NCBI GenBank assembly: GCA_951406725.2
Contig: OX597815.1
Span: 124,992,001-125,056,000 of the forward strand
Origin: Octopus vulgaris
Taxonomy: Eukaryota
Length of the DNA: 64,000 nucleotides
Direction: 5' to 3'
Shown piece by piece: positions 54,196 through 64,000 of the stretch (positions are counted from its first letter, which is position 1; every line of letters starts with the position of its first letter). The notes under the pieces were generated by a model. It saw only the letters and a program-made list of their open reading frames with translations, did no database searches and had not been told where the DNA came from. A program made the translations under genes and the position numbers.

Positions 54196-54812
54196 TTGGC
54201 CAGTCCAATTGTGGTTGTTTTGTAAACTAGTTCAAATTGGATCAGGCCTCGACCTCCTTGGGCTCTGGGAAGGTAAAGGCAATCTACGTCTGCCTTTGGG
54301 TGGTGCATCCTATTACAACTCAGCAGCTTGCATATTTTCCTATCTATATTCTTTACTTCATTCATATTCCAGTTCAACACATTGTAGCTATAAGTAACAA
54401 CTGGAACTGCTAAGGAATTTATAGCTAACACCTTGTTACGTGCATTTAGTTCAGATTTCAGGACTGCACGAACTCTCCTATAACATTCCTTCCTGATCTT
54501 CTCTTTCATGCTTGCATGCTGAATACCAGAGCCTTCATTTATCCCTAAATATTTGTATGTTTGTTCTTGCTCAAGCTCTCTTATGACTGTGTCAACATCT
54601 AACACGACTGAATTTGTGGTCTTCACTTTCCTTTTCTGGAAAGTGGCCTTGGCACACTTCTCAAGCCCAAACTCCATCCCGATGTCATCGCTGAATGCTT
54701 TCACAGTGCGCAATAGGCCTTCAAGTTCATTATCGTCTTTACCATAGAGTTTTAAGTCATCCATATAAAATAGATGGCTTATTTTTTTATTGGCAATTTT
54801 ATACCCATACCC
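54196..54812 (-). mobile_element. R4/Dong-like RT fragment
   Basis: ISHLFYMDDLKLY, FSDDIGMEFGLEKCA, YKYLGI, LNARNKVLAINSLAVPV, LYLPRAQGGRGL. Confidence 0.85.
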
Positions 54813-57800
54813 TGATGTGAGAACTATTACTACCCATGTATTTTAATTTAACTTTAAAAAAAAAAAAAATGATCTAGTGAGTTTAGTTTAATGGCCTACC
54901 AATGTATACTATGAGTTGTTTGCCCTAGGAGTCGGGAAGACACTCGGCAAGTTTGAAAGAAGAAAAAAAAAGATAATAATAATAATAATAATAATAATAG
55001 AAATAGAAATATCTATCCACTCTAACCAACATATTGAATTCTATATAGATGTTTGCATTATGTAAATATATGTAAAATATACATAAATGAATATTTAACA
55101 ATATATTCAATACTATATATATATATGTCGTCATCATCATCATTTAACGTCCGTCTGCCATGCTAGCATGGGTGGGATCAGCTTTGTATTCATATGGCAA
55201 CTTAGATTTCTACTTTTAATTTAAATAGTTCTTCTTATATTGTCACAAAATATTTGGTGTTTGAAAGTAACACCAAATATTTTATGGCATTCATTGAACA
55301 TAAAAATTTTCAGAACCACCAAATTAGGTAGCTATATACGGTATCTTGTCTTATATTTTATTGTCATCACTTCTCTTTGGCCATAAAATGAAGCTAACAG
55401 TTTTTATTCTTCAGCAATTCAAATGCATTCCTTTGATTATAAACAATCCAAGTAATTTTTAATTAAAATAACTTGTGAAGAAAATATTCAAACATCCTTC
55501 CTTAAAAACAATAACAGTAGTTAATATAAAAATATGATAATAGTTACTTATTTTGACTACATGTAAAACTGAATCTGAAAGAAACAATACACTTATTTTA
55601 TCAACTCCAGAGGAATAAAAATCGATTTTAACAGGTGTTGAACCAGGACATAAAAGCATAACTAAACACTGATTTCTAATATAGAGACAAAAGATCACAA
55701 ATTTGGTGGGACAGATCTATTGAATATTAAATTAAATATTGGTATTTAATTTAGTGGCCAAAGCTGGTGTCTTGTCAATGGCACCAGTGCTGGTAGCATG
55801 TAAAAAGCATCCACTACATTCTTAGAGTTGTTGGCGCTAGGAAGAGCATCCAGCCATAGAAACTATGCCAAACCAGACTGGAACCTAGTGTAGCTCCCTA
55901 GCTTACCAGTATTCAGTCAAACTGTCTAACCCATGCCAGCATGGAAAATGGAAGTTAAATGATGATGATGATGATGAGTATTCTATTTTATCAACCCAGG
56001 AAAATGAGGGACAAAGTTGACCTCAGCTGAAGTTGAACTTAAGAGGCAAAGAACCAGAACAAATACTGCAATCATCATCATCATCATCATCATCAATCCA
56101 ATGTTCAATTTTTTCATACTTCCTTGGTTGATACGGAATTCACTGAGGCTGATTTTCTACAGCCAGGTACCCTTACTGTTACCCTCCTCACCTGTTTCCA
56201 AGCAAGATATTATTTCCCCCATCACCTGACATGGTTTTGCATCATGGGAAACCAGAAACAAATGACACCACATATGTGATAGGAGTTTTTTAAAGTATTG
56301 CACACAATGTGAAGACAAGAAGGCACATGCATGATTGGTTTCTTTCTGTTTCTGTCAACCAAATCAACTCACAAAACTTTGATTGTAATATAGAGTAGTA
56401 GAGACTTGCCTAGGTGCCACACTATGGGACTGAACCTGAAACCATTAGGTAGGGCAGTATGCCAATACAACAAAATATTCAGTGAATTTGACCCTGCTAT
56501 TTCTAATAACTCTACTACATTAGTACGTGATCACTTTAGACGTAGGACAAATTCATTGAAATGGAATATTGCAAGCAGTTATTCTGACTCGCTAAGAAAA
56601 AAAAAGGTTAAAAGGCAAGGAACATGAAGATATAAGACCAGTGCTCAACTATTTTTACTAACATTCTGTGTTGTATTTTACATATAACACAGAAAGTGTC
56701 AAAAAAATTATCTCCCATGAAAGATAAGGTATATAATTTACTTTAAATGGTTCATTAAAAAAATAATTCATATCAATTTCTGATATTAATTTGATATGTC
56801 CGAAGTTATTTCCCTTGCCTTTTAGCAGTAACAGAGAAATACAAATCAATGATTGAATATTTTAAGCTCAAACCAACAGGAAACTTCAATTAATAGAGTT
56901 TATAAGATCGCTTGATCTGCCAAAATTAGACGTCAAATATTTCTCAAATCTCAGCCTACTATCTATAAAGAAATAACATATTGGATAATTTGTCCTAGAA
57001 ACACTGTCTAAACAAAAAGAAGTGGTGATTATGGCTGGAGTAGCTTGAGCATAGATCTACAGCTAAAAAAATAAAAAATACAAATTCTCTCATTTCAAAT
57101 TGCCAATGAAGTTGTCTCCCTTGAAGTAAAAGTGACATAAGATTAATTCTGAATGATGTTAACTGCTAATAATCTAACGTAAAATGATACCAGTCAGAGG
57201 TGAAAAGTATCAACGTATTCATATATTTTTTTTATTTGATTTTATATTTAAAAAGAAAATTATAAATTAAATGACACCTTCTGATATTTTTTTAATCAAG
57301 GGACAGAGCTTATTATAAGACCACTGGGAGAATATAGGTGATTTTTTTTAATTGCTTAGTAGAAACTACTATAGTTTGTTTTGCGTTTCTTTTGTTAAAA
57401 ATCGATGTGATTAAAGTTTCCACTTTATCTATCATATTCGAAGCAATTTATCTGATATCCCTTTGAATGTAGATTGAATATTTAATTTTTTTTAAATGAT
57501 AAAAACAATTACTTCAAACATGGGCACAAGACCAGAAATTTGAGAGACAGATGTTAGTTGTTTAACTCACCCTAATTCTATCGTTTTAACTTCTACTTTT
57601 CCATTTTTGCAGGGATCAAGCGGGAGCCAGTGAAGCACAGTTGAAGCCCTTCCTGTCGTCAATCCTCACTTGCTTCCAAACAAGGTACTATTTCCAAAAT
57701 GATTGGACAGGCATCCATGGAAGGTTGGAAATGAACAACACTTGTGTAACAGTGAGGCACATTTACAACTATTGTACTATGACGTCAAAAGAAGGAGAGA

Positions 57801-58270
57801 AACACACACACACACATACACACAGATGATGGGTTTCTATCAGTTTGTCTACCAAATACATTTACAATGGTTTGGTCAGCCTGAGAATATGGTAGGAGAC
57901 AATTGCCCAAGATTCCACATAGTAGGAGTGAATTCACACCAAATGGTTGTGAAGCAAATGTCTTACAAAAGAAGGAGATATTTGATAAGATAGTCCAAGA
58001 TACACTATTTTTTAAAAAAAGGACAGTGGTTGGATCACAGACATACAATGTTCTCTTTAAGCTGTGCGCTTGTGCATTGTGTACATGTATATTTTACAAC
58101 AAATGCACAAATAATTATTTCAAACACACGAAGTTTTTGAAGATAAAATCGTTGATATAGCATTTGAGTGATGGATGCTCACATGGATGAGTACATACTT
58201 TGCAAAAACTAACAAAATTTGCACACAAACAAATATCTATGCATACCAATGGCAAAACAATATAAAAAAA

Positions 58271-58389
58271 AATTGAACGGCCAAGCGATCTTAGGTGCCA
58301 GACTCAAAGTACATGTAATGCACCTTAACCGGAACATTGAGCATGCTGGTCCACGAATGTGGGCGTGGGTTCGAATCCCACTTCTGACA
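58271..58389 (+). pseudogene. tRNA-Leu(CAA) pseudogene retaining its intron
   Basis: ggccaagcgatcttaggtgccagactCAA (anticodon 58305-58307), ~35-nt insert, then ctggtccacgaatgtgggcgtgggttcgaatcccacttctgaca. The 5' acceptor strand is missing. Confidence 0.8.
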
Positions 58390-58405
58390 GATAGCATTTC
58401 AATTT

Positions 58406-58795
58406 AGGTGTAGGAGTGGCTGTGTGGTAAGTAGCTTGCTCACCAGCTACATGGTTCTGGGTTCAGTTTCACTGTGTGGCACCTTGGCCAAGTGTCTTCT
58501 ACTATAGCCTCGGGTCAACCAAAGCTTGTGAGTGAATTTGGTAGACAGAAACTGAAAGAAACCTGTCATATATATGTATATATATGTACATGTTTGTGTG
58601 TCTGGGTTTGTCCCCCCCAACATCGCTTGACAATCGATCCTGGTGTGTTTATGTCTCCGTAACTTAGCGGTTCGGGAAAAGAGACCAATAGAATAAGTAC
58701 TAGGCTTACAAAGAATAAGTCCTGGGGTCGATTTGCTCGACTAAAGGCGGTGCTCCAGCATGGCCACAGTCACATGACTGAAACAAGTAAAAGAG
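58406..58795 (+). mobile_element. Full-length tRNA-derived SINE
   Basis: Same family as 48157-48549. Confidence 0.9.
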
Positions 58796-59315
58796 TAGGG
58801 TAAACATTGATGCTAAAAATTTCTGACATGCTCAATCCTTTGGAAAGCACTGCTCCAATACTTCAATATTAGATGAACAGTAGAGGATAAATGGAACTAT
58901 TAATATAGAGTGGTGAGTTGGATGAGGTGCAGACAAAATGACAAGGAGTATTTATTTAGTTACAAGGACTCTTCTGAGTTAAGACATCAACAGAGATAAC
59001 TTTGCCATTCATCTTTCTTGGATTGACAGAACAGTGCTAACCAGGTTTCTGGGTCGACTGAATTTTGTGTGGTAGACTAAATTTATTGTCTGGTTTAACA
59101 CTACCACCTAAACTCTGAATGTATTTAGTGTGACAAGTATTTGTGCTGGGTCTCCATTTTCAAACACAGATATCCTAAAAATGATCATAGGCATAACGTT
59201 TGTCCCGCTGACTAAGCCTTTGTTTTAATGAACTACATTCTCCCCACCTACCAAGTGTGACCTTGTGAAAATGTCAGAAATCAGAATTAGAATTGAGTAG
59301 AATTAAAATTATAGA

Positions 59316-59595
59316 CTGTTGTGTCTGGGGAGAGTCATTTTCTTTTTGTGCCTTATAATGTAACACACTCACTGGTAAAATTTCCATTTATTTCTTATTT
59401 TTATTTTCCTAAAATTTTCGTTGCGTCTTGCAACCATTTTAATAGTCTTGAAAAGGTTGCAAGACGCAACGAAAAATTTTACAAAAATAAAAATAAATAG
59501 AAATTTTACCGGTGAGTGTGTTACATTATAAGGCACAAAAAGAAAATGACTCTCCCCAGACACAACAGAATATGCTTCAACACACGAACTCATAT
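59316..59595. mobile_element. Head-to-head palindromic pLTR-like element with a degenerate HHR-like motif
   Basis: Arms 59316-59435 and 59455-59568 are reverse complements. The + arm has TTGAAAA-G-GTTGC-aagac-GCAAC-GAAA-AATTTTA and a ~25-nt tail. Confidence 0.65.
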
Positions 59596-59942
59596 AAAGA
59601 ATCTTGCAAACCAAATACAAAAACGAAATAAAATTATAGAGTAATCTCCCTTGTAAATGCACGAGGATGAAATTCAGAAAAATATATTTAATTAGACAAG
59701 AGGGGTTAGTCAATACCATAGACCCCAGCAATTGACGGTTATTTTACCTTATCGATGAAAGGAAAAGGTGACATTGACAGGGTTTGAACTTGTAGAGTGT
59801 CATAACAAAAATTGTAAGGTATTTGCCTTTTGAGCTATAATCAGTGTGCAGGGATTTTATAAAAAAAAAAAAGAGAAAAAACAAAAAAAACTTCTGAAAC
59901 TATATCATTAACTTGTGATTAAAATATTGAAATATAAATTAC

Positions 59943-60102
59943 CTGGTAATTTTGTGGCTCTGAAAGATGCATTTGTAATGGCAGATTTTGACATGGTTAC
60001 TGAGGAAGATGGGGCTGGAGAAAGTGCTACACCAATTCCCATTGCCGTGTCTGGTTGACCAGAAGGACTATATTTCAAACAGTTACGAACAGCATTTGTG
60101 AC
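59943..60102 (-). CDS. Internal coding exon (160 bp) of the same host gene
   Basis: Acceptor ttctttcag, donor CAG|gtaatt, frame VTNAVRNCLKYSPSGQPD...ATKLP. Ends in phase 1 and joins the terminal exon as GAT (Asp). Confidence 0.8.
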
Positions 60103-60672
60103 CTGAAAGAAATTAAGTATTCCAATTATTGAAAATATATACATGTGTGCGAGTGTGCGTGTATATATATATATATTTATATCATTCCAAACCATGAAAC
60201 TTGTATACAACCAGCTACAGGCAAATAATAACATGCACTATAATAGAACCTAGCAAAACCAAGCTTATTGAGCAAAGTACCTTTTGAAAAGTGACTGACA
60301 AGAGACAGCTATACCATGGGATGCACCACAACCAGTTGTACAGTATCTTACCCATGAGGGATTGATGCAAGATGGGTCAAAGCAATCAATGTAATTAATA
60401 AAGAATCTCTTTTACTCATTTGTTATCATATATGCGCTTGCCAGAACCTCTTCCGTCCCAGCCAGAACAAAGGCTTTCGTTTGTTTTTCTCGTTTGTTTT
60501 CTTGTTTATTTTGATTTCTCGTATTGTATTTTATTTCTCGTTTTATATTTTCTTGTACATGTATTTTTATCTTGTATTTTATTGTGCAGTTTTATTGTTA
60601 CGTCCTGTTTCTGTTACATTTTTTTCGTGCTTGTTTCACCCCTCTGCGAGGTTATTTTATTTTAATTCACTC

Positions 60673-60755
60673 GCAGGAAGGACTAGTATTGACGAGTCGT
60701 GTCCTGTCTTGCCTTCGAAACACGCTAAGTCTACTAGCGACAGCTGATGAAGGGG
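60673..60755 (+). ncRNA. Hammerhead-like pseudoknotted RNA motif, copy 1
   Basis: CTAGTA-TTGACGA-GTCGT...-GAAAC-acgctaa-GTC-TACTAG; the 5' flank pairs with loop II; second CTGATGA at 60744. Confidence 0.55.
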
Positions 60756-61498
60756 ATTTTTCCTTGTGTAGTATGTCCTGTACCTTGTTTTTCTGTTGTA
60801 AATAATGTTTTTCCCGTTTTCGTTCTCGTCCTGTTCCACGTCTCTGTCTTTCTGTTGTAAAAAAATGGCTTTTTCCGTTTTCGTTTCTGTTGAGTTCTAC
60901 GTCTTTTTGTGGTGTCCTGTACGTATATTTATTTATGTATGCATGTATATATACATTTAGATGTAGGTACGTACATATATGTTTGTATGTATGCATATAT
61001 TTTATTTATTACACTATTGTCTGACAGCGCTTCGCGTCGGGTTCGTTCGATTCTTCGCTTCATTCCATTTCTTATCCTCCCAGTATTGTTTTATATAATT
61101 ATGACACGAAATTCTCTCCCTTTGCTTTACCTTCCCCTCTCTCTCTCCCTCTTCTCTCTCTCAGCTGCGTGTCTTCCTCTATCTATCTCTCTCTCTCTCT
61201 CACTCCTCCTCCCTTTTGTCACTGCTAATCCTTTTTGCACATTGCTTTCAAACCGTACAGTCATGTTTCCATGCGCTTGCCAGAACCTCTTCCGTCCCAG
61301 CCAGAACAAAGGCCTTCATTTGTTTTCTTGTTTATTTTGATTTCTCGTATTGTATTTTATTTCTCGTTTTGTATTTTCTTGTACATGTATTTTTATCTTG
61401 TATTTTATTGTGCAGTTTTATTGTTATGTCCTGATTGTGTTACATTTTTTTCGTGCTTGTTTTACCCCTCTGCGAGGTTATTTTATTTTAATTCTCTC

Positions 61499-61581
61499 GC
61501 AGGAAGGCCTAGTATTGACGAGTCATGGCCTGTCTTGCCTTCGAAACACACTAAGTCTACTAATGACAGCTGATGAAGGGG
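61499..61581 (+). ncRNA. Hammerhead-like pseudoknotted RNA motif, copy 2
   Basis: Same motif with compensatory substitutions relative to copy 1. Confidence 0.55.
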
Positions 61582-61879
61582 ATTTTTCCTTGTGTAGTAT
61601 GTCCTGTACCTTGTTTTTCTGTTGTAAATAATGTTTTTCCCGTTTTCGTTCTCGTCCTGTTCCACGTCTCTGTCTTTCTGTTGTAAAAAAATGGCTTTTT
61701 CCGTTTTCGTTTCTGTTGAGTTCTATGTCTTTTTGTGGTGTCCTGTACGTATATTTATTTATATATGCATGTATATATACATGTAGATGTAGGTACGTAC
61801 ATATATGTTTGTATGTATGCATATATTTTATTTATTACACTATATATCATATATATATATAAATATATCATCATATATA

Positions 61880-62774
61880 CGAGGTATGATCGATAAGTAT
61901 CCGGACTGTTGCCATAGTAATGAAGCTTCAGCACACAGAGTAAAGATGCTTGACACAGATTGACCTCAGACTCTGCCGTGCATGCACACTAAGTTTTAAC
62001 GTTCTAGCTCACTTTCACTGCTTACAACAGTGCTTGGAAGGATCGTGTGTAGCATGTGATCGTCACATTGACCATGACAGAGAAAGTGGTCATGGTGATA
62101 CTTACTGAGAGCCTTATGCAAAGTTGCAGAAAGTATAGGGAGAGGAGTGTATGAGCAGTACACAAGTGTATGAGTGATTCAGACGTTTCCAAGATGGCCG
62201 GGAAAATGTCGATAGAGATGAACGTTCTGGGAGACCCAAAATTAGCGGAAATGAGAACAACATTGCAGAGGTGCGTGCAGCTACAAGGTGAAATCATTGA
62301 ATCACCATCTATTAGTTAGCAGAGGATGTACAGATTAGTTACAGTCCAGTTCAGTCCATTATCACTGAAGATTTGGATATGAGATGCATGTCTATCAAGT
62401 TTGTGCCAAAACTGCTTTTAGCTGACCAAAAGGACACTTGGGTTTCAGTTGTACAAGACCTCCTTGATTGTGTCGAGAATGATGAAAACTTTTTGAAAAC
62501 ATTGCATGGACCTCTGAGCAGGTTTTGCCAAGCTTTTGGTGAAATTTGATGCAGCTACTCTGCTCAACTTATTCTGTCATGGTCAACACAACGATCACAT
62601 GATACACATGTTCCTTCCAAGCACAGTTGTAAACAGTAGAAGTGAGACAGAACATTAAAACTTAATGCACATGCAGAGCAGAGTCCAAGGTCAATCTGTG
62701 CCAAGCTGCTTTATTCTGCATACTTTAGCTTTGTTACTAAAGTAAAAGTCCGGATTCTTATTGATCAGATCATG
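61880..62774 (+). mobile_element. mariner transposon, internally deleted and decayed
   Basis: TIR cgaggtatgatcgataagtatccggact / agtccggattcttattgatcagatcatg. Transposase remnants FRRFQDGRENVD.DERSGRP and IITEDLDMR...KFVPKLL. Confidence 0.88.
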
Positions 62775-63125
62775 TGTGTGTATATATATATATACATATA
62801 TAAAATCCCACCCCACACAACTCCACACACTAGCACTGACCATTTCCCAGCACCCACACCACACACCATCATCCACACACTTACACATTACAGATGCACA
62901 CACACAGGCAAAATCCACACACATCAAAGTCACTAGCCCCTATCTACACACACACATACTCATATACACACACATGCCTGCACACCTTCGTTTTGGGATC
63001 ATCAATACTTTATTATCTCCCCTTCTTTCTATCTCTTCTGTCAAATCTTTTTTTCCAACCAGTCACCATGCTTGACTGCTAAATCCACAAGTTTTTTTTA
63101 TTCTCTCTGTTTATTTTCTCTTATT

Positions 63126-63163
63126 CCTCTCTGTTGAAGAGCATAGGCTCGAAATGTAAAACA
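63126..63163 (+). ncRNA. Degenerate minimal hammerhead-like motif (family of 40203)
   Basis: CTGTTGA-A-GAGC-atag-GCTC-GAAAT-GTA; downstream flank is homologous to 40240-40330. Confidence 0.45.
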
Positions 63164-63248
63164 CTTTCTCACCATCCCAAGCATCAAACTATTACACTTG
63201 CTTGTTCATACACCTGTCTCCATCTTTTGTTTTTCTGTAAATTTCAAA

Positions 63249-63337
<89 letters not shown>

Positions 63338-63699
63338 CACACACACACATATATATATCTGTAGTAGTGAATGTATAAGCATGTTAACCAGAGAATAACA
63401 GATACTGGCATAGGTAGGATGGTATTTGGATGAATTTAACAGCAGAAGGATCTTTTGTTTCAAACTTCAAGGTAATGATTTTTTTTAAAATCTGAGGTCA
63501 TATTCCTGTGAGGCTTTCTAAACTAGAAGTGTAGGTGTGGAGAAGTGTTACACCAGAGCCTGCTAATTGAAAAATAAAGATTTAAATAGCTTGTAGTGTC
63601 AGTAATAACATAATAAATTCTGGTCTTTAGTTTTAAGGGTTTCATCTGTCTATCAAATGGTTCAATTCTCAGCTGAAATAGATTCTTTCTTACAAACTG

Positions 63700-63731
<32 letters not shown>

Positions 63732-63753
63732 TGTATGTATGTATGTATATATA

Positions 63754-63794
<41 letters not shown>

Positions 63795-64000
63795 AATCTT
63801 CAACAATTGTTGAAAAAGCTCTCCTGATCTTGGAATGACACTGAAACAAACCTCTGCATGCAAGACAATAATAAGAGAACTCTTATCTAAGTACCTTATA
63901 AACATGTGTTCATTATTCTTCAATATGCTGTATATTTATTTGTTCCATACAAGTTCACCATTGAAAAATAAAAGATGGTAACACATCAGGTGAAGATGGT

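Larger units (their letters stand above)
60432..61843 (+). repeat. Tandem pLTR/retrozyme-like direct repeat (60432-61017 and 61271-61843, period ~826 bp)
   Basis: Two near-identical ~580-bp copies separated by a ~250-bp pyrimidine-rich spacer; each contains an HHR-like motif. Confidence 0.9.

Noticed and set aside
63400-64000. Possible further exons of the minus-strand gene
   Set aside because: Candidate AG/GT pairs exist, but frames contain stops or are too short to support.

Overview
AT-rich, repeat-dense eukaryotic (animal) genomic DNA with abundant (TA)n/(CA)n/(AAT)n microsatellites. The tRNA-derived SINEs and the LINE mix resemble a coleoid cephalopod (Octopus-like); this is an inference from repeat style, not a database match. 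The only host coding sequence I can support is two phase-compatible exons of an unidentified minus-strand gene (60102-59943 and terminal exon 52045-51594), with a probable ~2.7 kb 3'UTR. There is also an intron-containing tRNA-Leu(CAA) pseudogene. The rest is decayed mobile DNA: Penelope-like elements (PLE), CR1, RTE and R4/Dong-like LINEs, mariner/pogo MITEs, Helentron-like elements and SINEs. The most notable signal is a set of about seven sequence-unrelated, short non-coding elements carrying hammerhead-ribozyme (HHR) motifs, some intact and some degenerate. Four sit as head-to-head palindromes with a one-sided 3' tail, the PLE pseudo-LTR architecture. One fuses a Pol III tRNA-like head to a minimal hammerhead (45446-45968). 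Another is a tandem 826-bp unit whose HHR-like region shows compensatory base changes supporting a pseudoknot (60673-60755 / 61499-61581). All structures were folded by eye and no activity is demonstrated.
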